DNA of 48,092 bases from a virus, in IMG/VR virus record IMGVR_UViG_3300050500_000285; one strand, written 5' to 3'. Every line of letters starts with the position of its first letter. Position 1 is the first letter of the stretch. The notes beneath the pieces were generated by a model. The model saw only the letters and a program-made list of their open reading frames with translations, ran no database searches and was not told the origin of the DNA. Of the stretch, positions 9,406 through 17,815 are shown in pieces. A program made the position numbers and the translations under genes.

Positions 9406-9903
9406 ATGAGCGAAGAACAGAGAGAAGCGAAGCTCGGGGCCATCGCTGCCGGGGAGTTGGCCGGCGAGGAGGCCGCCAAGCGCGTGCTGCGAAACAGCGG
9501 CATCGACGCCGTTGCACGCACCCTTGGCCACAGCGGGATTGGCACGTGCGGGCCCGCGCTGGCCAAGCTCTTTCACGAGCGCTGGGGAGACCAGGGCGAT
9601 GACAACTGGCAGGGCCTGGCGATGGCCGGGCCGCACAAGGACGTCCACCCGTACCACGTGCGAGCCTACGACGAGGCCTTCGCGCGCGGCGCGCGGCGCT
9701 TCTGCGAACAGGCCGTGCGCGGCTTCCTGGACGCCCACCTGGGACTGTCGGCGGAGGGGCCGAACGGCGGCACCATCGCCGACATGGAACGAGCGCTGGA
9801 GGTGCGCAGGCGCAAGTCGGCGATGGGCGAGCGACCGCTTCTGATCTGGGCCTACGAAGCAGGGCACGCGGCGTACAGAAAGTCGGTGGGTCATGGCGAA
9901 TAA
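9406..9903 (+). CDS. Hypothetical protein (165 aa)
   Basis: TAGGAGG RBS 5 nt upstream of ATG 9406. Confidence 0.65.
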   Translation: MSEEQREAKLGAIAAGELAGEEAAKRVLRNSGIDAVARTLGHSGIGTCGPALAKLFHERWGDQGDDNWQGLAMAGPHKDVHPYHVRAYDEAFARGARRFCEQAVRGFLDAHLGLSAEGPNGGTIADMERALEVRRRKSAMGERPLLIWAYEAGHAAYRKSVGHGE

Positions 9904-10306
9904 GGTTTACCCGTCTTGGACGCTCGCCACCGTCAAGGCCGACAAAGACTGGGACACCGCGGACTACCGCGCGTTTCTCGTCTCGAGCGGCTACACCTAC
10001 AACGCGGCCCACGACTTCCTGAATGACATCACCAACATCATCTCTGACGTGGTCGCGCTCGCGAGCGAGACGGTGGCCGCGTTCACGGGCGGCGCCAACC
10101 TGGACGCCGCCGACCTGAGCATCACGAACGTGACCGGCACCGGCGCTGCGATCGTCATCTACGACCACGCGGGCGGCGCAGACAGCGCGCGGGCACTGTG
10201 CGCCTTCATCGACACGGCCAGCGCTGGGCTGCCCACGGGCGCGCTCACCGCCGGCACGGTCACTGTCACCTGGCACGCCAACGGCATCATCACGGTCACG
10301 TCGTAA
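9893..10306 (+). CDS. Hypothetical tail-module protein (137 aa)
   Basis: The start overlaps the previous gene by 11 nt. The sequence is beta-rich. Confidence 0.6.
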   Translation: MANKVYPSWTLATVKADKDWDTADYRAFLVSSGYTYNAAHDFLNDITNIISDVVALASETVAAFTGGANLDAADLSITNVTGTGAAIVIYDHAGGADSARALCAFIDTASAGLPTGALTAGTVTVTWHANGIITVTS

Positions 10307-10309
10307 GCC

Positions 10310-10819
10310 ATGGCCACCGTATCGGTACTATTCGAGCGCCCATCGGATCAGTTCGAGCCGATCGGTACCGCGTTCCCGCAGAGCGTCCGCTTCTCTGGCA
10401 CCAACTTTCCGGTGGAGGGGGCGGCGTTTGATGCCGCTACGGACGAGGCGTGCTGCGCCAAGTTCAAGGCGAAGTCCTACGGCTCCGGCAACATCACGGC
10501 CATCCTGACGTGGTACGCAGACAGCGCGAGCAGCGGCGTGGTGAGGTGGGGAGCCGCCATCGCTGCCATCACGCCAGAGAGCGACACGCAGGACGTCGAA
10601 ACCAAGGCGTTCGCCACCGAGAACACGGTAGACGACACGCACCTTGGAACCACGGGACAGCGTCTCCACAACGCAACCATCACCATCAGCAACCTCGACA
10701 GCATCGCTGTTGACGACATCGTGTTTCTGCGCATCCGGCGCGTAGGAAGCCACGCCAACGACACCATGACCGGCGACGCGATCCTCGTCGCCGTCGAGCT
10801 GCAGTACAGCGATTCATAA
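10310..10819 (+). CDS. Hypothetical beta-sandwich-like tail-module protein (169 aa)
   Basis: ATG lies 3 nt after the preceding stop. A TAATG overlap links it to the next gene. Confidence 0.6.
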   Translation: MATVSVLFERPSDQFEPIGTAFPQSVRFSGTNFPVEGAAFDAATDEACCAKFKAKSYGSGNITAILTWYADSASSGVVRWGAAIAAITPESDTQDVETKAFATENTVDDTHLGTTGQRLHNATITISNLDSIAVDDIVFLRIRRVGSHANDTMTGDAILVAVELQYSDS

Positions 10820-12027
10820 TGGCCGTTCAGCCAAACACCAACGGGTACCTGGGAAGGTCGACAAACCTACCCGCCAACGGGACCAGTGGCACTGGCTGGA
10901 CGGTTGCGTTCTGGATGCGCCTGACGAACACGCCCGCGTCCAGCCAGGTCGTGTTCAACCTCGACAACGGCTCTGGCGCGTTCGTGCAGCTCAACTTCGC
11001 CAGCTCGGCCGCGCTGCGGCTCGAGACAGAGCTTGGCGTCCAGACCACGGTGGCGACGCTCACCGTGGGCACCTGGTATTTCCTGGCGATCCGCAACCTG
11101 AGCCTGACCACGGTGCAGGTGGCGAATCGCTCGGACAGTGCGTTTGGCCTGGGAACGAGCGCCGTTTGCACGGTCCTGAACGGCACGTGGGCCAACATGC
11201 ACCTGCTCAGCAACGCTGGCTCGGCCATCGCGGCAGACGTGCAGATCGCCTTCGCCAAGCTGTACTCGGGCGCCGGCGCGCAGCTGTCGGTTGCCCAGAT
11301 GTGGGAGGTTTCGGCCCGGCAGCTTCCGAAGCTGCCTACCGCAACGCTCGACAGCTACATGCCGCTGTTGGGCGCCTCCGGCGCCGACGAGGGCGGGCAG
11401 GCCCGCGACTGGACGGTCACCGGCACGCTGGCGGCAGTGGCCGAGCAACCGCGCATCAGCCGCGGCGGCTCGGGCGCTCGCTACGTGACCCCGGCGGGCG
11501 CCAGCATGGTCACGATGAGCGGCCCCCTGGCGGTCGCAGCTTCCATCCAGTCCCCAGCATCACTATCGATACAGCCAGTGACGATGGGCGGCGCCATCGC
11601 GCTCGCTGCTGCGGCGCTGCAGCCGGCCATCACCTACCCGGTCACGCTGGGCGGGGCCGTGGCGGTCGCTGCCGCCATCCAGGCGCCCGCGGCTGCGTCG
11701 ATTCAGCCCGTGAGCATGGGCGGCCCCCTGGCGGTCGCTGCGGACGTCCAGACACCCCTTGTTGGAGCTTTTGTGGCGCCGTCCGTGGTCTCGGCGCTGG
11801 AGACGCCACAGCAGCCCGCGGCTGCGTCGATTCAGCCCGTCACGCTCGCGGCAGCCCTGCAGCTGGCGCTGACCGTGCAGCAGCCCGCGCTGACCATTCC
11901 GGTCATCCAGGTCTCTGGACCGGCGCCCATCGTGCTGGGGATTCCGCAGCCGGCCGCGGACGACCCTTACCCGCACGACTTCGCACGGCGCACCCGCAGG
12001 GATTCTCGCCGTGCGAAGATGAGTTGA
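10819..12027 (+). CDS. LamG-like N-terminal domain protein with a C-terminal Ala/Gly/Pro/Gln repeat region (402 aa); fibre or receptor-binding candidate
   Basis: The N-terminal ~170 aa fit a LamG-type pattern (GWTVAFWMRL...GTWYFLAI...). Residues ~230-360 carry five ~22-aa repeats (..MGG.LAVAA.IQ.PAAASIQPV..). Confidence 0.5.
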   Translation: MAVQPNTNGYLGRSTNLPANGTSGTGWTVAFWMRLTNTPASSQVVFNLDNGSGAFVQLNFASSAALRLETELGVQTTVATLTVGTWYFLAIRNLSLTTVQVANRSDSAFGLGTSAVCTVLNGTWANMHLLSNAGSAIAADVQIAFAKLYSGAGAQLSVAQMWEVSARQLPKLPTATLDSYMPLLGASGADEGGQARDWTVTGTLAAVAEQPRISRGGSGARYVTPAGASMVTMSGPLAVAASIQSPASLSIQPVTMGGAIALAAAALQPAITYPVTLGGAVAVAAAIQAPAAASIQPVSMGGPLAVAADVQTPLVGAFVAPSVVSALETPQQPAAASIQPVTLAAALQLALTVQQPALTIPVIQVSGPAPIVLGIPQPAADDPYPHDFARRTRRDSRRAKMS

Positions 12028-12045
12028 CCCGGGAGGATATTTGCA

Positions 12046-12264
12046 GTGGACAAGCCCGACACAGCGCTGCGGCCGACGCAGCCAACGGACCCAGCGGAAA
12101 GGCTGCAGTGGATGCTCGGACGCCAGACCGACGCGCTGCTGAGCCTGCCTCCCGTCATCGAGCGCCTCACGGAGGTCGTGGAACAGCTCTGCCGTCGCGT
12201 CGCATCGCTCGACGCGAACGTCGCTGACCTTGAATCCAAGGTGGCGCGGCTGGCCCGTGCATGA
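12046..12264 (+). CDS. Hypothetical coiled-coil protein (72 aa)
   Basis: GTG start with GGAGG ~9 nt upstream. An ATGA overlap links it to the next gene. Confidence 0.55.
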   Translation: MDKPDTALRPTQPTDPAERLQWMLGRQTDALLSLPPVIERLTEVVEQLCRRVASLDANVADLESKVARLARA

Positions 12265-12752
12265 ACGTTGCCGACGACGGAGCGGCTGTCGGCGCAACCA
12301 TCCTGGGCGTGCTGTCTTCGCTGGGAACCATCATCGTGTACGTCGCCAAGATGTTGCGCGAGCGCGAGCGGTCCAAGCGCATGTCGTCCGTGCCACCCAC
12401 GGAGCTCGAGCCGCCGCCTCCGGCGCACGACTTGTCCGTGCTGGCGCGCCTGCAGCGTGCAGACCAGGACGATTCCCTGGTTACCGCGCTGCTCCGGGTA
12501 CAGGGTGAGCTGGTGGACACGCAACGCAAGCTCGAGGTGCTGCGCAACGAGAACAACAAGCTCGCGCTCAGGGTGCACGAGCTTGAACACGACAACGCGC
12601 GCAAGGATGTTCAGCTACGGGCAGAGCGGCTAGCGAACAGGACGCTGCGCGAACAGCTGGCGCACGTCGAGCAAGAGTTGGCCACGAAGGCTGGCGAGCT
12701 CGAGCTGGCCCACGCCGACCTCAGACGGGCGCTGCTCGTGCGAGATCGCTAG
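12261..12752 (+). CDS. N-terminal TM anchor plus long coiled-coil protein (163 aa), i-spanin-like topology
   Basis: The hydrophobic segment AAVGATILGVLSSLGTIIVYVA is followed by RERERSKR and ~110 aa with heptad-like Leu/Glu/Arg content. It is the last gene of the rightward block. Confidence 0.4.
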   Translation: MNVADDGAAVGATILGVLSSLGTIIVYVAKMLRERERSKRMSSVPPTELEPPPPAHDLSVLARLQRADQDDSLVTALLRVQGELVDTQRKLEVLRNENNKLALRVHELEHDNARKDVQLRAERLANRTLREQLAHVEQELATKAGELELAHADLRRALLVRDR

Positions 12753-12994
12753 CGGCCCATAAGGCGCGCCAGCTCTTCGTAGCTCGCCGGCTTTAGCTTC
12801 GGGAGTTGCCCGCGCAGCCTGCGCTCGCACTCGTACTGCTCACGCAGCGGGCGGTATACGTCGCGCAGCCAGTCGACCAGCACCCAGCCAGGACCAGGTA
12901 CGTGCAGCGTGCGCGCGATACCGGCGACCTGGGCAAGACCGTCTGTGCGCGGTGCGTGTCTCAGGCGAGCGACCTCGACGCCGTACCGCTTCAT
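12749..12994 (-). CDS. Hypothetical protein (81 aa), last gene of the leftward block
   Basis: ATGA coupling to the upstream gene. Its stop shares the tetranucleotide CTAG (12749..12752) with the converging rightward gene. Confidence 0.6.
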   Translation of the reverse strand: MKRYGVEVARLRHAPRTDGLAQVAGIARTLHVPGPGWVLVDWLRDVYRPLREQYECERRLRGQLPKLKPASYEELARLMGR

Positions 12995-13197
12995 CGCCGC
13001 ATCCCAACCAGTTCATCGGCCGTGGCTTGCTCCAGCTCGGAGATGCGCCGAGCTCGCACAAGCTCGCCAACGAATGCGACCAGGTCCTCGGTCGGCACCC
13101 ACATGCGTTTCGCTCCAGAGTGCAGCTCGACGCTGCCAGAGCAGTCGCTGTTGTAGAAGAACTTCGTACCATGTGGACCCGTGATGGAATGGCTCAT
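12991..13197 (-). CDS. Hypothetical protein (68 aa)
   Basis: ATG at 13197 with a GGAG RBS, 1 nt after the upstream stop. The longer track ORF (to 13395) overlaps the upstream gene in another frame. Confidence 0.55.
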   Translation of the reverse strand: MSHSITGPHGTKFFYNSDCSGSVELHSGAKRMWVPTEDLVAFVGELVRARRISELEQATADELVGMRR

Positions 13198-13198
13198 G

Positions 13199-13498
13199 TC
13201 ACTTGCTCCTGCGAATGACCGCGTTGTGAGGTTGTGTTGCCCTGATAAGGTCGCGGACCGACCTCCCCATCGACTCCTGCCAGAGCCGCCTGCGCGCCTT
13301 GCTCCAGCCGCGGAACCTGCCGGAATGGTCGGTGAACTCACGGTGGCACTGCGTGCACAGCGGAAACGTGTCGAAGTCGCTCGAGCGCTGGCCAACGCCG
13401 CGCCCGTAGGTGACGTGGTTAGCCTCGCTCGGCGGCGCCATGCCGCACGCGGCGCAGTGCAGTCCGCGCACGCGGCGCTTGTACTCGTCGGCTGTCAC
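13199..13498 (-). CDS. HNH-type zinc-finger nuclease-like protein (Ref/DUF968-like), 99 aa
   Basis: It shows the CAAC...NH...G.G.RSSD....PLC..CH...H pattern. The GTG at 13498 forms a GTGA overlap with the upstream small ORF. The track start at 13519 is an alternative. Confidence 0.5.
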   Translation of the reverse strand: MTADEYKRRVRGLHCAACGMAPPSEANHVTYGRGVGQRSSDFDTFPLCTQCHREFTDHSGRFRGWSKARRRLWQESMGRSVRDLIRATQPHNAVIRRSK

Positions 13499-13680
13499 CC
13501 TCCCGGCCCCCACCCCCACTCACCAGTGCGATCGTAGTATTCCCGGGCGCGGCGGTCGGACTCCTTCTGCTCACATTTGTCTTTTGCGGAATCCGCACGC
13601 CCGCGGCCGTTCCACGGCTCGCTACGTTTGCCACCGGCACGTGCCGCCCCAGACCAGCCAATCATTGCCTTCCCAGCCAT
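13495..13680 (-). CDS. Hypothetical small protein (61 aa)
   Basis: It is coupled at both ends: TAATG with the helicase stop and GTGA with the next gene. Third-position GC is lower than in neighbouring genes, so this call is weaker. Confidence 0.4.
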   Translation of the reverse strand: MAGKAMIGWSGAARAGGKRSEPWNGRGRADSAKDKCEQKESDRRAREYYDRTGEWGWGPGG

Positions 13681-15428
13681 TACACGCCTCCTACCAGGTA
13701 ATGCGCCACGCGCTCGCCGACGATGCGCTGGCGGCGACCAAACTCGCACTCACGGCCGATGTAGTCCATGGCCCTGGTGGCCGCTGCGAATGTCGTGTCA
13801 GGCGGCACCGGGTACCACTTGCTGATTGCCGCTAGCTGCTTGAGCGTGGCCAGGCCCGCCTTGCGGCGCTTCTGCAGCGAGGACAGCATGCGGCTCGCGG
13901 AGCGGAAATCCATCGCGCGCACGTCGGCCTCGGCGATGCCCTTGTGGAGCAGTATCTCCGCCTGGTTCGGCGTGATGGGGCGCGAGCCGAACCGAATCGA
14001 GATCGCGTCGTCACGGCTCATTCCAAGCGCCTGGAACGGGTCGAAGCGTTGCACGCGCGCGTTCACCTTGAGCTGCGCTGCGCGCAGTTGCTCGGCCTGG
14101 CGCTTGAGAGCCGCGCGCGCGTCCTTGAGCGCCTGATGCAGGTCGGAGTCGCCCGGCTTCTTCTTTAGGCGCTTCTTCGCCTCGGCAACCTCAGCGTCAG
14201 TAAAGTCCTCGCCGAGCACGTCGATAGGCGTGCACAGCGTGTGCTTCCCAGCGTTGCCAACGAAGTCCAGGATACGCATGCGCGGCTTGGCCGACGCGGC
14301 GATGGCGGACCGGCGAGCCGCCGAGTTCTCGTGCCCGTGCAGGTGGTCTACGAGTCCGGGCAGCACACGCGTGCCACGGCCGGCTCGCTGGGCGTACCGA
14401 GCGCGGCTGTCGGTCGGGGCGGCCATGCCCACGATGGACGTGAGCGGGGCGTCAAACCCCTCGGTCGCGATGTCGCAGTTGAACAGGAACTGGTACTTGC
14501 CAGTCTTGTACCCTGACACGAGCTGCCGCCGCAGGTCCTTGTCGGTCTCGCCGTCGATGGCGATCGCCTTGCCTGGCGCCAGCATGTTCATGCGATCGGA
14601 CATCGCATGCGCGCTGCGAACGCCTGGCGTAAAGATGATCGCCTGCTCGTTGCCGCACATTTCGTAGGCCTTTTGCACGATGCCCTCGACGGCTTTGAGC
14701 ATGGCTTCGTCGAGAGCGTTGTCGTCGGTGAGGCGCTCCACGCCGCTCAGGTCGATCTCCTGAATCACCACCTCCTCGCCCTCGACGGGCACGAGGTAGC
14801 CGATGTCGATGCCGTCAAGGATGCCCATCTTGTAGGCGCAGTCCTCGAACACGGTGCCCAGCTTCACATCGTCCGCGCGGTCCGGCGTGGCCGTTACGCC
14901 GAGCACCTTGGCGGTAGCGAAGTAGTCCATCACCTTTCGGTAGCTTGGGGCCGTGGCGCGGTGCGCTTCGTCGATGATGATGAGCGAGAACCGTTCGGCG
15001 CGGAAGTCGACGTAGCGCCGGCTCATCGTCTGCACGCTGGTCACCACAACGCGCTCGTCGGCGCAGTTCTCGGCGGCTTTCTCGACGCCCACGCGCTCGC
15101 CTGTGGCGCGCTCAAGCTCGGCCTTGGCCTGCAAAATCAGCTCGTCGCGATGGGCGACCACCAAGACCGTGCCGTTCCACGTGCGGGCCAGCTCGCAGAA
15201 TATGAACGTCTTGCCCATGCCGGTGGGAAGCTCCACGAACAGGCTTCGCAGCGGCTCGCGCTCCTCCCCGCCTGCAAACCCGCTGCGAATCGCTTCCAAG
15301 CATTCGAGCTGATAGAAGCGCGTCTGCTTGGACGCCTGCCTCGGCTTCGTCAGCACAACCTCGGGCGGCCCCAGCACTTCGAGCAAGGCATGCTCTTGCG
15401 CGTCCCAGAATGCGAGCTGGCTGGTCAT
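13680..15428 (-). CDS. Superfamily 2 DEAH-box DNA helicase (582 aa)
   Basis: Motif I is ELPTGMGKT, motif II IIIDEAH, motif III GVTATP and motif VI QRAGRGTR. The start at 15428 is set by an ATGA overlap; the track start at 15656 overlaps the upstream gene. Confidence 0.85.
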   Translation of the reverse strand: MTSQLAFWDAQEHALLEVLGPPEVVLTKPRQASKQTRFYQLECLEAIRSGFAGGEEREPLRSLFVELPTGMGKTFIFCELARTWNGTVLVVAHRDELILQAKAELERATGERVGVEKAAENCADERVVVTSVQTMSRRYVDFRAERFSLIIIDEAHRATAPSYRKVMDYFATAKVLGVTATPDRADDVKLGTVFEDCAYKMGILDGIDIGYLVPVEGEEVVIQEIDLSGVERLTDDNALDEAMLKAVEGIVQKAYEMCGNEQAIIFTPGVRSAHAMSDRMNMLAPGKAIAIDGETDKDLRRQLVSGYKTGKYQFLFNCDIATEGFDAPLTSIVGMAAPTDSRARYAQRAGRGTRVLPGLVDHLHGHENSAARRSAIAASAKPRMRILDFVGNAGKHTLCTPIDVLGEDFTDAEVAEAKKRLKKKPGDSDLHQALKDARAALKRQAEQLRAAQLKVNARVQRFDPFQALGMSRDDAISIRFGSRPITPNQAEILLHKGIAEADVRAMDFRSASRMLSSLQKRRKAGLATLKQLAAISKWYPVPPDTTFAAATRAMDYIGRECEFGRRQRIVGERVAHYLVGGV

Positions 15429-15604
15429 AGCTTCACCAACGATCCATCGCACAGACGATGCAGGAACGGCAGCCCCATCCACCCGATGATCGATTCTTCG
15501 AATGGGTGGCGCCAATACTTCAGGCCGCATCTGTCGCAAATGCAGTTGCCATCTGCGCGACGCATGCGCTCCTGGACGTGTCCATCGTAGAACGGGTAGG
15601 TCAT
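15425..15604 (-). CDS. Small Cys/His-containing protein (59 aa)
   Basis: ATGA overlaps at both ends. It contains the segment CICDRCGLKYWRH. Confidence 0.55.
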   Translation of the reverse strand: MTYPFYDGHVQERMRRADGNCICDRCGLKYWRHPFEESIIGWMGLPFLHRLCDGSLVKL

Positions 15605-16323
15605 GACTCCTCCAGCGCGGCAACGGGACCGCTTGGCAGCGCCGGGCCGCTTGCAACGCCCACGGTGCGGCCGGCCTCGACTCCGCTCAAGAACGCCGTG
15701 GAGTTGCCGATGGACGGCTTCCTGGCCGCGCCCAGCGTCTTGGCCGTCATCGCCGCGGCCACGCGCTCCGCATCCCGGTCGATGCGAGCGAGCGAGCATC
15801 CAGAGCCGGCAGCACTGGCCATGGCCGCCTTGGCCGCTGCCACGACGCGACGGCCGATCTCGTACGATGCGCCAAGGCGGAAGCTGTTCAGCCACGCCGC
15901 TTCGCTGCGACCGGCGTTTCTCTCCACGACGCACAGACGGCCTATTTCACGCTCGAGATAGGCGAGCAGGTAGCGCGTTGCCTGCACAGACGATACCGGG
16001 CCGATGATGCGCGACGTTGCGCGGCACTGCCGTCCGTCCGTGCCGCGCCACACCTGATTGTAGCAGTCGCAGCCGTTGGCCTCGGCTACGGCGCTGGCAA
16101 GGCACGCGCGCCACGTGACCATCCTGGCCCCAAACACCTGCAGGTCTTCGTCCAGCAGTGGCTCGTCAACCTCGCCGGCTTGCTCCGCGAGCTCCGCCTG
16201 GTCGATGCGGTGCTTGGACATTAGCTCCTGCGCCTTGGCGGCAGCAGCCGAAGCTTCGTGCACGTTGCTGGACTCGGAGAGCGCCAGCAGTCGACGAATG
16301 CGTTCGCGAATGTTTTGGCTCAC
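15601..16323 (-). CDS. DUF2786-domain protein (240 aa)
   Basis: The N-terminus IRERIRRLLALSESSNVHEASAAAAKAQELMSKHRI matches the DUF2786 signature as I remember it. The GTGA-coupled start has GGAGG 6 nt upstream. Confidence 0.6.
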   Translation of the reverse strand: MSQNIRERIRRLLALSESSNVHEASAAAAKAQELMSKHRIDQAELAEQAGEVDEPLLDEDLQVFGARMVTWRACLASAVAEANGCDCYNQVWRGTDGRQCRATSRIIGPVSSVQATRYLLAYLEREIGRLCVVERNAGRSEAAWLNSFRLGASYEIGRRVVAAAKAAMASAAGSGCSLARIDRDAERVAAAMTAKTLGAARKPSIGNSTAFLSGVEAGRTVGVASGPALPSGPVAALEES

Positions 16324-17627
16324 CACAGACCTCCATCGTCCTCATCGAGCACGAGAGCGCCGGCCGGACCTACTGCGCGCGCCTCCTCCATTGGCCAGCC
16401 TTTAGCCGCCCGGTCTGCGAGCTCGCTTCGCAGCTCCTCGCTGGTGACCTCTGCCGTACTAGTCCCGGCCGACCCCCGCTCGCTCGCGCTCTCCGGAACC
16501 CACCCCATGACCGCCATCGTCTGAACGTCTGGCACGTAGTCCTCGACGGCGCTCTTGGCAGCGGCATCGACTGCCGCAACGTTGTGCATCAGATCCGGCA
16601 GATCGAACGGGGCCACGGCGGCCTCCGAGTAGATGTCGGCGGGGCTCACCGTCACAACCTGGCCGCAGTCCATCGCGGCGCTGGCTGCCATGAGCTCGCG
16701 CGGCACCAGGCTCATGGCCTTCTCGCTGAGCCAGCCGCGCCCGTGGCATGCCGTGCACCGCTCACGCAGCAGCGGCTCGTTCTTGCACCAAGCGCACACG
16801 CACGCCGGCCTCGCGTTCATGAGCTTGACGGCCGCCTCTTTGATGGCCTGGTACGTCGACGCCACGTCGACGCCCGGCACTGCGATGTCCAGCAGCGGGG
16901 AGAGCGACGACATCGCTGTACGTATCGAGTTGGCGGCCGACGTCATAGAGCGCCGCAGGTCGCGAACGGGGGCCAGCCACGCCTCTGGCTGCGGTCGTCC
17001 CCAGCACTGGATGTCCACCTTGTCCTTGGCCCTGCGGGCCCGGTTGGCCGCTTTCTTGACGGCGTGCTCGCTGCGGCCGGTCTCGGCTGCCACGGCCTTG
17101 ACGGCCGCCTTCTGAGTGCCCGCCTGCGCCTGGACGGCCTCCACGCGTTCCAGGGTGGCGAGCTGGGCCGCGCCCATGCCTGGCACCACGGCGGCCACCA
17201 CGCACACCGAGCTCGCTGCCGGCTCCGGAAGCCTCAGCAGCGACTCTTCGTATCCGGGCGCCGGGTCTGTCCACGGCGCCGGCGTCACCTCCGTGCGATC
17301 GACGACGCGAGCAACCTCGCCAAGCGCGTAGCGCGTCTCGCCGTCTGGCGACAACTCGGTGGACGGCTCGTCGTCGAAGGAGCCATCATGCACCAGCTCC
17401 ACCCTCAGCTCATCGATGTCGAGCAGGCAGTGCGCGGCGATGATGTCCTCGCCAGCGATAACCTCCATGTCGGAGGCGCGAACGATGGGCAGGGTGGCTG
17501 ACCCGCCGTTGATTGCCACGCGCTCAGCGAGCGCCCGCACGCGTGGCTCGTTCATGAGCTCCTGGAAGTCGGGGCCGCAGACCAGCGCGACAATGCTCAC
17601 GACCTCCGTGCTGCGGCCCGTAGTCAT
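16320..17627 (-). CDS. ParB/Srx-like N-terminal domain protein with a DnaJ-type CxxCxGxG-like zinc motif (435 aa)
   Basis: The N-terminal segment LPIVRASDMEVIAGEDIIAAHCLL resembles the ParB-like nuclease fold, but the usual G.HR motif is not intact. An internal segment reads CVCAWCKNEPLLRERCTACHGRGW. Confidence 0.4.
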   Translation of the reverse strand: MTTGRSTEVVSIVALVCGPDFQELMNEPRVRALAERVAINGGSATLPIVRASDMEVIAGEDIIAAHCLLDIDELRVELVHDGSFDDEPSTELSPDGETRYALGEVARVVDRTEVTPAPWTDPAPGYEESLLRLPEPAASSVCVVAAVVPGMGAAQLATLERVEAVQAQAGTQKAAVKAVAAETGRSEHAVKKAANRARRAKDKVDIQCWGRPQPEAWLAPVRDLRRSMTSAANSIRTAMSSLSPLLDIAVPGVDVASTYQAIKEAAVKLMNARPACVCAWCKNEPLLRERCTACHGRGWLSEKAMSLVPRELMAASAAMDCGQVVTVSPADIYSEAAVAPFDLPDLMHNVAAVDAAAKSAVEDYVPDVQTMAVMGWVPESASERGSAGTSTAEVTSEELRSELADRAAKGWPMEEARAVGPAGALVLDEDDGGLW

Positions 17628-17815
17628 GGCTGCACCCGAGCGATCACAAACGTCGTCTGGGCAGAGGATATGTGCTGGTTGGCGGCCTCGACCGCGGCCT
17701 CGTACAGGCTCGCGATGTCGATTTGGTTCTCGTCCAGCATGCGTCGCATGCTGTCAACGACGGCGTGGTAGCGCGGGTCGTGCAGGTATCGCTCCTGGGA
17801 GCGTGACATTGTCAT
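17624..17815 (-). CDS. Hypothetical protein (63 aa)
   Basis: Four-nt overlaps with both neighbouring genes. Confidence 0.55.
   Translation of the reverse strand: MTMSRSQERYLHDPRYHAVVDSMRRMLDENQIDIASLYEAAVEAANQHISSAQTTFVIARVQP

Noticed and set aside
10819-12027. A diversity-generating retroelement targeting the LamG or repeat-containing tail proteins.
   Set aside because: No reverse transcriptase ORF (no YxDD-type motif seen) is present, and there is no template/variable repeat pair with adenine-specific mismatches. The repeats are in-frame tandem protein repeats.
16320-17627. The ParB-like protein taken as evidence for a plasmid-prophage partition system.
   Set aside because: No ParA ATPase or parS-like repeat cluster was recognised, and the ParB catalytic/CTP-binding motif is not intact. 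A nuclease or DNA-binding accessory role is equally likely, so I make no lifestyle claim.
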